The notes: generated by a model not told the origin, from the letters alone. Positions 36,864 to 46,013 are shown, counted from the stretch's first letter. The stretch is DNA of 64,000 nucleotides from Kiritimatiellia bacterium (GCA_027858345.1 JAQICX010000069.1:5222-69221), one strand, 5' to 3'. Program-made: numbers and translations.

Positions 36864-36890
36864 TCCGCCTTCTTATGACAAATAAGAAAT

Positions 36891-36964
36891 GGCGTGATGG
36901 CCGAGAGGTTAGGCACGAGTCTGCAAAACTTGCTACAGCGGTTCAATTCCGCTTCACGCCTCCA
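36891..36964 (+). tRNA. tRNA-Cys (anticodon GCA), CCA encoded
   Basis: Folded by hand. Acceptor GGCGTGA/TCACGCC. 3-bp D stem with a G13/A22-type mismatch. Anticodon stem CGAGT/ACTTG with loop CTGCAAA. 4-nt variable loop. T arm AGCGG-TTCAATT-CCGCT. U73 discriminator (the Cys identity element), then CCA. Confidence 0.9.
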
Positions 36965-36980
36965 TTCTGAAATATACCAT

Positions 36981-37011
36981 CGCACTTGAGCAATCAAGTG
37001 CGGTTTTTTTT
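36981..37011 (+). terminator. rho-independent terminator after tRNA-Cys
   Basis: CGCACTTGA-GCAA-TCAAGTGCG, then G and T8. Overlaps the last codons of the convergent phosphoesterase gene, so it may work in both directions. Confidence 0.8.
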
Positions 37012-37773
37012 GCCCTTTTTTATGTTTTGATATTCAACGTTGGTTCCTTCGATGGAGACCATTAGTGGGGCGGAAAACTTGCGGAATGCTCCTGTGCAGA
37101 TGACTTCTATACCATCAATATTCCAAATGCCTGCCTTATGAAAATGACCGACAACCACATGCTTAACATCTGGATAATAGCATTTAGCAAATTCAGCTGT
37201 TCTTTTAGGAAAAGTCTTCCACACTTTCAGCAAATTAAACCAACTTACAGGATTTATAATCCAAGGAAATCTATAGTATAACTTCTTTTGGAAACTGTCA
37301 TCAAATTCATAAATATTAATAACATGCTTAGATGCTGCAAACTTTAAATCAAGCTCAGAGTCAAACTTGTGAGAATTGTCTTTAAGAAAATCACAATATC
37401 GTTTATTCAAGAGTTTATGTTCTAGACGCCATGGTGAAACCTCTGGGAAAACAACCTCTCCATGAAACACAAAAGTCTGACTATCTTCATGATAAAAAAA
37501 GTGTTCATCGGAAATCAGAAAATCAGCGTTGCCGGCAAGAATTAACGGAGTCACAGAATCTTCTGAACAGATTTTTTGGATATGTTCAACAACTGCTTCA
37601 GTATCATTTTGCTGATAATTAGATGTCCAATTGATTGTGTCGCCATTGAAAATCACCATATCAGTCTCTTGCCAATGAGGTCTAATAAACTTTTCAATTT
37701 TTTCACTCCAACCAATTGGAACAGTTCCATGTATATCACTGAATACAACTATTTTTTCAAGTTTAGTACTCAA
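36994..37773 (-). CDS. metallophosphoesterase (calcineurin-like)
   Basis: 259 aa. Has VVFSDIHG, FNGDT, GNADF and VVVGHFH motifs. Confidence 0.7.
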   Translation of the reverse strand: MSTKLEKIVVFSDIHGTVPIGWSEKIEKFIRPHWQETDMVIFNGDTINWTSNYQQNDTEAVVEHIQKICSEDSVTPLILAGNADFLISDEHFFYHEDSQTFVFHGEVVFPEVSPWRLEHKLLNKRYCDFLKDNSHKFDSELDLKFAASKHVINIYEFDDSFQKKLYYRFPWIINPVSWFNLLKVWKTFPKRTAEFAKCYYPDVKHVVVGHFHKAGIWNIDGIEVICTGAFRKFSAPLMVSIEGTNVEYQNIKKGKKNRT

Positions 37774-37781
37774 ATAAATAC

Positions 37782-38384
37782 CTAGATCTTCTTTATAATC
37801 ATATCTTCAAGAACAAGTTTTGGAACATGATGAACATCTTTATCATCTCTGAAATACAAGAGTCTATCACCAGCTCGTGCATCATCAACAACAACTTCTT
37901 CCCCTGGATACCCAAGGCCAATTAAAAGCTCAATGCCATATTTTTCATCTAAGCCGACAACATTTTGGGCTACCTCTCTTTTCAGTGCACCAAGCATGCA
38001 TGCTCCAATTCCTTGACTCATTGCACCCAAAACAATTGTCTGAGCAGCAATACCAGTATTGATAGTGGCTGGTCTTTCTGAAACTAACATGATATAGGCC
38101 ATAGGACGCTCACCCTCTTCCGGTCCATCCCAGTCTTTCAAAGCCCCTGCCCATGATATACATGGGAAAAGATTGTCTCTAGTGATTTCATCATTACACA
38201 AAACATAACGTAAAGGTTGAGAGTTTGCTCCTGATGGTGCAAACCTTGCCAACTCAACAAGTCTTTCCAATGTCTCCATTGAGATCGGCTCCTGCTTAAA
38301 TCTTCTGTATGTTCTTGCCTTCTTTACTATATCTTTCATATTGTATTCCTTTCCCGCTTTCTGAGGCAGGCTCTTGAGCCGCAC
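37782..38384 (-). CDS. nitroreductase-family protein
   Basis: 200 aa. Has RTYRRFKQEPIS, APSGANSQPLRY and a nitroreductase-fold pattern. The true start is probably the internal MKDIVKK (38342). Confidence 0.8.
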   Translation of the reverse strand: MRLKSLPQKAGKEYNMKDIVKKARTYRRFKQEPISMETLERLVELARFAPSGANSQPLRYVLCNDEITRDNLFPCISWAGALKDWDGPEEGERPMAYIMLVSERPATINTGIAAQTIVLGAMSQGIGACMLGALKREVAQNVVGLDEKYGIELLIGLGYPGEEVVVDDARAGDRLLYFRDDKDVHHVPKLVLEDMIIKKI

Positions 38385-38393
38385 TCGTTAAAA

Positions 38394-38642
38394 TTAAACT
38401 TCATACTCCGAACAGATAATCTCCATTACTTCATTCTGAAACAAACAGATTCCTGTTGGAATTTCAATATCTTTTTCAGTCTTGTTGCTAAAGTCAATAT
38501 GCATAATGCCTGCTTTTAATGCAACAACAATTGGCAGATGTTTTATCATTATAGTTATTCGACCATCCTTACCAGGAAGATCAGCCGAGTATACATCTTC
38601 AAAAGTTTCAACATCTGCACCATTTATTATCTTCAAAATCAT
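38394..38642 (-). CDS. small protein resembling the N-terminal beta-sandwich of the ATP synthase epsilon subunit
   Basis: 82 aa. LPGKDGRITIMIKHLPIVVALKAGIMHI parallels the epsilon motif (p..eGe.GIL.gH.P.it.L..G...i). No other atp genes in the window. Confidence 0.3.
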   Translation of the reverse strand: MILKIINGADVETFEDVYSADLPGKDGRITIMIKHLPIVVALKAGIMHIDFSNKTEKDIEIPTGICLFQNEVMEIICSEYEV

Positions 38643-38668
38643 CTGATAAATCTTTCATCTTAACGTAC

Positions 38669-38693
38669 GGGCGAGACATGTCTCGCCCCTACA
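38669..38693 (-). repeat. REP-like hairpin, family 1 (20-nt perfect palindrome plus CTACA)
   Basis: GGGCGAGACATGTCTCGCCC then CTACA. A second hairpin, GGCTC-AGA-GAGCC, at 38710..38722, followed a few nt later by CTACA. Confidence 0.85.
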
Positions 38694-38771
38694 CCATTTC
38701 ATCTTTATTGGCTCAGAGAGCCAACTCTACAACTTAGTCTGAAAACACGAACCGGCAAGCCCAATCCAACC

Positions 38772-38819
38772 ATCTAACTACCCAACTGTCTAACGGTCTA
38801 ACTACCTAACTGTCTAACG
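38772..38819. repeat. 24-nt tandem repeat x2
   Basis: ATCTAACTACCCAACTGTCTAACG / GTCTAACTACCTAACTGTCTAACG, with 2 mismatches. Confidence 0.8.
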
Positions 38820-38845
38820 AATAAAATTAGCGTAGCGAATTTTAA

Positions 38846-40669
38846 TTATCTATATTGTCTCGCCTGCAATTCAAAAAGCTTTGCATAAATTCCGTCCACC
38901 TCAATAAGCTCATCATGAGTTCCGCATTCCGCCAACTCGCCATCTGAAATAACAAAAACTCTATCAACATTCTTAACAGTTGACAACCGATGACTTATTA
39001 TAATTGCTGACTTACCTTTGGTAAGCTCATCAAATTTGTCAATAATATTTGCTTCAGCTTTTGGATCCAAAGCACTTGTTGGTTCATCAAGAATCAACAA
39101 CTCGGAATCTCGCATAAATGCTCTTGCAATAGCAACCTTTTGCCATTGACCAACAGAAACATCCTGTCCATCTGCAAATCTTTTTCCTAAAATAGTTTCA
39201 TACCCATGCGGCAGTTTCTTGATAACTTCATCAGCGCCAGACTTCTTGGCTGCTTCCTCAATTCTACCAGATGTTATATCAACATCCACATTGCCATACC
39301 AAATGTTTTCCTTTGCTGACACATTAAATTTTGCATAATCCTGAAAAACAACGCTCAACTGCTTTCTATAATCTTCAATAGAATAGTTGCGTATATCCTG
39401 ACCATTAAATTTAATACTACCTTCAACAGGATCATAAAGACGACATAAAAGCTTAATTAAAGTTGTCTTGCCTGCACCATTCTCTCCTACAATAGCAACA
39501 TGTTCACCACTCTTAATTTTAAATGATACATTCTTAAGAACGGTACTTTTTGATGATGGATAGTTAAAACCCAAATTATCAACTTCAATCGAATATTCAT
39601 GTTCTGAAGGAATCTGCAATGGTTCAATGGGATCAATCAACTTTGGTTTAAGAGCAAGAAATTCATAAAAGTTTCTTAAAAAGAGCTGATTCTCATACAA
39701 CCCAGTAAGGCTTGTAAGAATTGTAGACATAAAGCCTTGCCCTCGCTGAAAAGCCTGAAAATACATAACAAGACTGCCAACGGCAATCGCTCCTGTAATA
39801 GTCTGTTTCCCAACATATGCCATACATCCAAACAGAGCAACCGTTGAAAAAATCTGGGCAATCAAATCAGCTATTGTGCGTTTTCTAACAATATCAATCT
39901 GCTCTTCTCTTAGCAGCGTTCTAACATTGTGAAAACGCTCTTTAAACACCTTACCATTGTTAAAAAGACGAATCTCTTTTGCATGTTCATCCCATGTAAG
40001 TATCATATTAAAGTACCAGGAAAGACGATCTTTAGGCGACTGTCTTCTACGCCACCTAAACTGTTTGTTGGAGAATTTTGATTTAACAATAAAACTTGGA
40101 ATCAAAGAAACACAGATTATGATTGCAACCCAATAGTTAAAAACAACCAACATTGCAAAAACACCTGCAGAAGATATGATAGACTGAATAAGGCTTCGAA
40201 TATTTCTAAGAATTCTCATTGGTCTATAAGGAGCTTCTTTTTGAGCCAAATGTAGTTGGTCGTAATACTCTGAATTTTCATAATATTCCAAATCGACTTC
40301 AAGTGACTTGGTATGAAGAATATCATGAACTTCATCAGTAATACATTGCGATTGAGCAGTTTCAATAAACTCTGACAACGAACGACATAATGCAGTAAGA
40401 ATTGTTGCCAGCCCCATGCATCCAATATAAATTGCTGATTTCAGAAAATATGAGTTTTGGTCATCTGGTGTTGCCTTTGCAGCATCAGTAACCGAATCTA
40501 TAACCAGTTTAATCAAATAAATATTTGCCAGCGGCAATACACCATTAATAACCACAAGAAACATACTCGCAATCGTCCAAGACCTACTACTACGCCAGAT
40601 TAATGCCAAAACTCGACATATATCTTTAATAAACATAGTATATTTTTCTTTTTTATCAACTTTCTGCAT
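38846..40669 (-). CDS. ABC exporter, fused permease/ATPase (MsbA/type IV fold)
   Basis: 607 aa. Six TM helices. Walker A GENGAGKTT, signature VSVGQWQ, Walker B LLILDEPTS. Confidence 0.9.
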   Translation of the reverse strand: MQKVDKKEKYTMFIKDICRVLALIWRSSRSWTIASMFLVVINGVLPLANIYLIKLVIDSVTDAAKATPDDQNSYFLKSAIYIGCMGLATILTALCRSLSEFIETAQSQCITDEVHDILHTKSLEVDLEYYENSEYYDQLHLAQKEAPYRPMRILRNIRSLIQSIISSAGVFAMLVVFNYWVAIIICVSLIPSFIVKSKFSNKQFRWRRRQSPKDRLSWYFNMILTWDEHAKEIRLFNNGKVFKERFHNVRTLLREEQIDIVRKRTIADLIAQIFSTVALFGCMAYVGKQTITGAIAVGSLVMYFQAFQRGQGFMSTILTSLTGLYENQLFLRNFYEFLALKPKLIDPIEPLQIPSEHEYSIEVDNLGFNYPSSKSTVLKNVSFKIKSGEHVAIVGENGAGKTTLIKLLCRLYDPVEGSIKFNGQDIRNYSIEDYRKQLSVVFQDYAKFNVSAKENIWYGNVDVDITSGRIEEAAKKSGADEVIKKLPHGYETILGKRFADGQDVSVGQWQKVAIARAFMRDSELLILDEPTSALDPKAEANIIDKFDELTKGKSAIIISHRLSTVKNVDRVFVISDGELAECGTHDELIEVDGIYAKLFELQARQYR

Positions 40670-40710
40670 ATATGTCCTTATGGTTCAAAACAATCAGTAC
40701 AATGGTTAAA

Positions 40711-40882
40711 CTGCAACTTTCACACTGTAGCCGAGGTCAGCAGACCTCGGACAATATTTCCCGACCTCTGCGGAGGTCGGCTACAGGCGTTGTTTCTGCA
40801 ATCCAACCTCAACCTGCAACTTTCACACTGTAGCCGCGTCCCGTGGGCGCGGAAAATGTTTTCCTGACCTCTGTGGAGGTCA
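40711..40882 (+). repeat. cluster of GTAG-headed GC hairpins (family 3) with a duplicated 23-nt leader
   Basis: CTGCAACTTTCACACTGTAGCCG at 40711..40733 and again at 40814..40836. Outward-headed doublet TGTAGCCGAGGTC-AGCA-GACCTCGG...CCGACCTC-TGCG-GAGGTCGGCTACA at 40726..40785. Further hairpins at 40836..40882. Confidence 0.85.
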
Positions 40883-41050
40883 CACCTCGCACTTGTCGCG
40901 CCGTAATGCAAAGAAGGAGGATGCGAGGTGGAAGGGGGTTTCCTTCATCATTAAGTCTTCCGTGTTGGACGTCTTTCCTATAATAAATACCTGCGGCGCT
41001 ATTCCAAAATTTTGAATTCTTAATTCTTAATTTTTAATTGAATGCTCTTT

Positions 41051-41488
41051 TTATTTGTTTTCAAACAGAGAAACGCTGTCAACACCGCTAAGTCCTGCTT
41101 CTTTAAGCAAAGCAAGTGCCTTTTCAGGATCATCAAATCTAAAGACCAAGGCAGCTGTGTGGGTTGTTGGATTTCCAGGAAATGCATACATATACTCAAT
41201 GTTAATACCTGTTCCGGCAATAACATCCAAAACTCCGGATAAACCACCTGCTTCATGAGAAGCTTCTACCGCCAGAACTTCTGTAACATTAACAATATGA
41301 CCTTCTGACTCTAACGAAACCTTTGCCTTTTCCCAATCATCAACAATCAGACGCAAAATTCCAAAATCCTTAGTATCCGCCAAAGATAAAGTAATTATAT
41401 TTATTCCATACTTTTTAAGGTCAGCACATATTCTATCCAAATGCTCTGGCTTATTTTCAATAAACAAAGATAATTGATTCATTTTCAT
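41051..41488 (-). CDS. tandem ACT-domain protein
   Basis: 145 aa. Two ACT-like beta-alpha-beta-beta-alpha-beta halves (QLSLFIENKPEHL; EASHEAGGLSGVL). Sits immediately after paaK. Confidence 0.75.
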   Translation of the reverse strand: MKMNQLSLFIENKPEHLDRICADLKKYGINIITLSLADTKDFGILRLIVDDWEKAKVSLESEGHIVNVTEVLAVEASHEAGGLSGVLDVIAGTGINIEYMYAFPGNPTTHTAALVFRFDDPEKALALLKEAGLSGVDSVSLFENK

Positions 41489-41502
41489 ATCGTGGTCTCC
41501 TA

Positions 41503-42834
41503 TTATTTATTTCTCTGGTCAATAACTCTCTTAGCCTTACCTTGACTTCTTTCAATAGTCTTTGGTTCAACCAACGTCACCTTAACCGAAACTCCAACAA
41601 TGCTCTTAATTGAGTTTGTGATAGCAGCTTTCAACTTTTCAATAGCCGAGACAGTATCACCAAATTGAGCGGAATTAATTTCCACCTTAACTTCAACAGC
41701 ATCCATATCATGTTCTGTTGTAAGATAAATCATGTAATGTGGTAATGTTCCTTCAACTGCCAGTAACGCAGCTTCAATCTGTGATGGGAACACATTAACA
41801 CCACGAATAATTAGCATATCATCACTACGTGTGCTAATCTTCTTTATTCTTCTGATTGTTCTGCCACAATCACACTTTTCTGTCATAATAGTTGTTATGT
41901 CACGTGTGCGATAACGAATCATAGGAATTGCCTGCTTCGTTAGAGTTGTAAGAACAAGTTCACCTTCTGAACCATCAGGAAGAACTTCACCTGTGTCTGG
42001 ATCAATGATTTCCGGATAAAAATGATCTTCAAAGATATGCAGACCATTCTGAGCTGAACACTCTACGCCAACTCCAGGACCAATGATTTCTGACAAACCA
42101 TAAATGTCATATGCCTTGATCCCTGCTTCTTTTTCAATACGTTCCCGCATCTCAAATGTCCAAGGTTCAGCACCAAAAATACCAACTCGTAATGGCAAAT
42201 CTTTAATACTAATGCCCATTTCACTAGCAACTTCAATCACATGTAGAAAATAACTTGGAGTAACCGTAATAACTGTTGAACAAAAATCTTTCAACAACAT
42301 AATCTGCTTGCTGGTGTTGCCACCTGAAATAGGTATAACAGTTGCACCAAGGGCTTCCGCACCACAGTGCACTCCAAGACCACCTGTAAACAATCCATAA
42401 CCATAAGCATTCTGAACAATATCTTCGCTTGAAACTCCACACGCGGCAAGAGAACGAACCATAACATTTGTCCAGACCTTCATATCTTCATCTGTATAAC
42501 CAACAACAATTGGTTTGCCTGTTGTTCCACTGGATGCATGCAAGCGAACAATGTCTTTCAAAGATGATGCAAAAAGTCCATAAGGATAATGGTTTCTCAA
42601 ATCTGTTTTAACAGAAAATGGTAGTTTGGCAATATCGTCAAGCACCTTAATGTCTTCTGGTTTCAAACCTTTTTCATCCAGACGAGTCCTAAATAGTTCA
42701 ACATTATCATAACAATGCTTCACTACACCCTGCAATCTATAAAGTTGCAGTTCTCTCATCTGCTCCATTGGAATAAAATCCGGGGCACTAATTGGGTTCA
42801 TAGGACTATTCTTATCATTCCAGTATGTACTCAT
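41503..42834 (-). CDS. paaK: phenylacetate-CoA ligase family (aryl-acetate-CoA ligase)
   Basis: The track ORF starts at 42840. The ATG at 42834 is 6 nt after GGAG and so more likely. Has [19 protein letters not shown] and the [12 protein letters not shown] motifs of PaaK. Confidence 0.9.
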   Translation of the reverse strand: MSTYWNDKNSPMNPISAPDFIPMEQMRELQLYRLQGVVKHCYDNVELFRTRLDEKGLKPEDIKVLDDIAKLPFSVKTDLRNHYPYGLFASSLKDIVRLHASSGTTGKPIVVGYTDEDMKVWTNVMVRSLAACGVSSEDIVQNAYGYGLFTGGLGVHCGAEALGATVIPISGGNTSKQIMLLKDFCSTVITVTPSYFLHVIEVASEMGISIKDLPLRVGIFGAEPWTFEMRERIEKEAGIKAYDIYGLSEIIGPGVGVECSAQNGLHIFEDHFYPEIIDPDTGEVLPDGSEGELVLTTLTKQAIPMIRYRTRDITTIMTEKCDCGRTIRRIKKISTRSDDMLIIRGVNVFPSQIEAALLAVEGTLPHYMIYLTTEHDMDAVEVKVEINSAQFGDTVSAIEKLKAAITNSIKSIVGVSVKVTLVEPKTIERSQGKAKRVIDQRNK

Positions 42835-42852
42835 ATGCATCTCCTTTGTATT

Positions 42853-43332
42853 TTACGCTTCTATGCTTTGTCCATATTCAAAAGCAGCCATATTCATTTC
42901 ATGAAGTTTTTCTGCCAAGTTTGCCTTAACTGAATTTTTTAAAATTTCAACATCTAAATCAAGAAAATTACTTAGAACTCCCAACAACGCAATATTCACG
43001 CACTTTGGTGATTGAAGCTTTGAAACATCCAAATGATTAACTGTAATAAGTTTTCCATCTTCAGCTAAACAACCTGCATTAGGTTCAACCTGTGTTTCAT
43101 CAAGAACAACAAGATAATCAGCCTTGCCTTCTGGAACCATTGGACTCAAAACACCCTCGCCAAAGCGTACGTCGCTTGAAACAGAACCACCACGTTGGCT
43201 CATACCATGAACCTCAGCTTTTTTAATTTCAATACCACTTGCAAAAGCTGCATCAGCTAATATATCAGATGCCTTTAGCACACCTTGACCACCAATACCT
43301 GCAAAAACAACATTTGTAACTTTTTTACTCAT
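42853..43332 (-). CDS. iorB: indolepyruvate ferredoxin oxidoreductase, beta subunit
   Basis: 159 aa. Has FAGIGGQGVLKASDILA and HGMSQRGGSV. Confidence 0.85.
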   Translation of the reverse strand: MSKKVTNVVFAGIGGQGVLKASDILADAAFASGIEIKKAEVHGMSQRGGSVSSDVRFGEGVLSPMVPEGKADYLVVLDETQVEPNAGCLAEDGKLITVNHLDVSKLQSPKCVNIALLGVLSNFLDLDVEILKNSVKANLAEKLHEMNMAAFEYGQSIEA

Positions 43333-43351
43333 TCTATCTAATTCCTTATAT

Positions 43352-44929
43352 TTATTTTCGCTGTGAAAGATTTTTTAAAGCAATAATGCAAGCACGTCTG
43401 GCAATAATCACACCAATCTTATCGTTATCAAGATAATCTTTCAGTGTAGCCTTCATCTCTTCCTGTTCCTTCAAAGGATCAAAAACTGCGACATTCTCAA
43501 CGCCAATTCCTTTGCATACATCTTCAACGCTAACTTGATATGCCGGCGAATGGTCAAGAGCTCTACCTGTTCCAGGATGCTCCTGCATGCCTGTCATTGC
43601 AGTAATACTATTATCAAGAATCATCACGACATGGCCTGTCTTTGGTCTATTGTAAACCATGTCTACAATCCCTGTCAAACCACTATGCATAAATGTACTG
43701 TCACCAATAACACTAACAACTTTTCTTGCTTGATCATCCGGCAAAACATGACGCAGACCAAGACCCACGCCAATACTTCCCCCCATACAGACACATGTGT
43801 CAATTTTTTCAAACGGAGGCATAACACCAAGAGTATAGCAACCAATATCCCCAGTAACAACTGCATCAAGATCTTTCAACACCTGGAATGAGTAGCGATG
43901 AGGACAGCCGACACACAATTGTGGAGGACGATCTTTTGGGGTTGGAGCATCAGGTGATCCATCGCCGGCAATTAGCTTCTTAGTTCTGGCAACATTGAGT
44001 TCACCAAAAACAAACTCTTCAGGTTTGCCTACAACTTCAACACCAATCATACGACAATCTTTTTCAATGATTCGGTCACCCTCTTCAACGATAACAACCT
44101 TGTCATATTTAGCAGCAAATTCTTCAACCACTTTGTTTGGGAAAGGATAAGACATGTTAAGTTTCAAAACACCGGCTTCAGGAGCTGCTTCATAAACATG
44201 AACCGCTGCAATACCAGAAGTAATGATACCCATTGACTTATCACCATTTTTTTCTTCTGTCATACCAGAACCAGCTTCACATGCCCAAGCTTCAATTTCA
44301 TGCAATTTGGCAACGATTCTTCTATGTGCGGCTCTTGCCAACGCAGGAACCATAACACGCTCAGGAATGTTCTTCTCATAGTTTGGTTCAAAATCTGCCT
44401 TAGATAATTCTTTCAATTCAACAACTGTCTTTGAATGACAAATCCTTGTTGTAAGTCTCAAAAAAACCGGCACATTCCATCTTTCTGAAATTTCAATTGC
44501 TTTTCCAAGAAAATCATATGCTTCTTGAGAAGTTGAAGGCTCAAGCATAACAACACCAGCAGCTCTAGCATAGTTACGACTATCCTGTTCATTCTGACTG
44601 GATGCCATTCCAGGATCATCTGCAACAACAATTACCAAAGCACCATCAACCTTTTCATAAGCAACCGTAAATAGAGGGTCAGCAGCAACATTAACACCAA
44701 CATGCTTCATTGTAACAATTGTTCTGGCAGCACCAAATGCAGCACCAATGCCAACCTCTAATGCAACCTTTTCATTTGGAGCCCATTGAGCATGACCACC
44801 AATTGCTGAGAATGTTTCTAAAATTTCTGTAGAAGGTGTACCAGGATAACCAACACCAAGTTTTACTCCCGCCGCAAGCGCAGCATGAGCAACCGCCACA
44901 TTACCATTAACCAAAATCTTATCTGCCAT
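43352..44929 (-). CDS. iorA: indolepyruvate ferredoxin oxidoreductase, alpha subunit
   Basis: The track ORF is extended to 44989. MADKILVNGNVAVAHAALAAG at 44929 is the conventional start. Has GYPGTPSTE, the CVGCPHR Cys motif and the TPP region GDSTFMHSG. Confidence 0.9.
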   Translation of the reverse strand: MADKILVNGNVAVAHAALAAGVKLGVGYPGTPSTEILETFSAIGGHAQWAPNEKVALEVGIGAAFGAARTIVTMKHVGVNVAADPLFTVAYEKVDGALVIVVADDPGMASSQNEQDSRNYARAAGVVMLEPSTSQEAYDFLGKAIEISERWNVPVFLRLTTRICHSKTVVELKELSKADFEPNYEKNIPERVMVPALARAAHRRIVAKLHEIEAWACEAGSGMTEEKNGDKSMGIITSGIAAVHVYEAAPEAGVLKLNMSYPFPNKVVEEFAAKYDKVVIVEEGDRIIEKDCRMIGVEVVGKPEEFVFGELNVARTKKLIAGDGSPDAPTPKDRPPQLCVGCPHRYSFQVLKDLDAVVTGDIGCYTLGVMPPFEKIDTCVCMGGSIGVGLGLRHVLPDDQARKVVSVIGDSTFMHSGLTGIVDMVYNRPKTGHVVMILDNSITAMTGMQEHPGTGRALDHSPAYQVSVEDVCKGIGVENVAVFDPLKEQEEMKATLKDYLDNDKIGVIIARRACIIALKNLSQRK

Positions 44930-45006
44930 AACTATATTATTCCTATTAATTTTAAAAAAGTTCTGATATGATACCTTAAAAACAAACAATGGTCAATACT
45001 AGAACA

Positions 45007-45999
45007 CTACAAAAGATCAAAGACCTCTTCATTGGACATTGATATGGACATTTTGCCATCATTCTTTGAGATCACCAGAATGGCAACATCTGGGAACTGA
45101 TATAAAACATCATCAATTTTCTCTTTGCCAAGCACAAAAGTTGCCGTTGAAAGAATATCAGACATAGTTGCATTTGGAGCCACAATTGTTGTTGCTACCG
45201 TCTTTTTTACAGGATATCCCGAACGTGGATCAATTATATGAGGATATTTCACACCATCCAAGATAACGAAGCGCTCATAATCGCCTGATGTAGCAACGGC
45301 TTCCCCTGACTTTAGTTTCAGTGTGCCGATAAGATTTTCTTTATCAAAGGGATCTCGTATACCAATCAAAAGGTGTTCTTTCAAAGTTTGAGCACGAATA
45401 TTACCACCAAGATTTACCATAAACTCCATGCATCCAGCTTTTTCCAACTCATCATAAGCCATATCAACAGCACTACCTTTTGCCACACCACCCATATCAA
45501 GCTGCATATTTTCTCCAATGAAGAATATTGTGTTTGTTTCACATATCACCTTGGAAATGTCAACTCTTTCCATGACCTCATCAATCATCGGCTGCGTTGG
45601 AACAGTTGTGTTGGTTCCCCCATTAAAACCCCATAGTCTAATTAAAGGCAAACATACAGGATTAAATGCTGTTTCTGTTTTCTGTGAGCATGCAAATGAA
45701 TTTGTAATTATACAAAACTCATTATCATTAACTTTAACTGGTGAAAAATGGGCATCTCTATTGATGATTGATATAATTGAATTAGTATTATATATGTTAA
45801 ATGACTTTGATATTTTATCAAATTCATCTTTCACAATCTTAAAATATTTATCAGCCTGCTCAGAATTTTCAGCACTAACAGTGCAGCTTGCAAAAGTTCC
45901 CATGGTTAACCAATCCTGTGTGAATGTCTCAGGCTTTCCCAATTTCTTACATCCACATATACAGAACAATACTAAAATTATTACATCAAATCTTTTCAT
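45007..45999 (-). CDS. apbE: FAD:protein FMN transferase (ApbE family) lipoprotein
   Basis: 330 aa. Lipobox FCICGC. Has MGTFASCTV, DMGGVAKGSAVD and ATSGDYERF. Confidence 0.85.
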   Translation of the reverse strand: MKRFDVIILVLFCICGCKKLGKPETFTQDWLTMGTFASCTVSAENSEQADKYFKIVKDEFDKISKSFNIYNTNSIISIINRDAHFSPVKVNDNEFCIITNSFACSQKTETAFNPVCLPLIRLWGFNGGTNTTVPTQPMIDEVMERVDISKVICETNTIFFIGENMQLDMGGVAKGSAVDMAYDELEKAGCMEFMVNLGGNIRAQTLKEHLLIGIRDPFDKENLIGTLKLKSGEAVATSGDYERFVILDGVKYPHIIDPRSGYPVKKTVATTIVAPNATMSDILSTATFVLGKEKIDDVLYQFPDVAILVISKNDGKMSISMSNEEVFDLL

Positions 46000-46013
46000 T
46001 TTATTTAGTCTTT

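Noticed and set aside
36758-36997. A 79-aa minus-strand ORF.
   Set aside because: It overlaps tRNA-Cys and its terminator on the opposite strand, so it is an artefact.
36891-37773. A genomic island or prophage integrated at tRNA-Cys.
   Set aside because: No integrase, recombinase or phage-like genes occur on either side. I noticed no duplicated tRNA 3' segment within the window.
40720-40911. A 63-aa Arg/Cys-rich ORF.
   Set aside because: It lies entirely inside the REP-like hairpin cluster. Its composition just reflects the GC-rich palindromes.
44930-44989. A 20-codon N-terminal extension of iorA (MFVFKVSYQNFFKINRNNIV). A similar 30-codon extension exists on the DUF4340-like gene (54959..55048).
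   Set aside because: The extensions are not family-like. In the second case the extension overlaps the upstream gene by 90 nt. Conventional internal starts (ATG 44929; GTG 54958) fit better.
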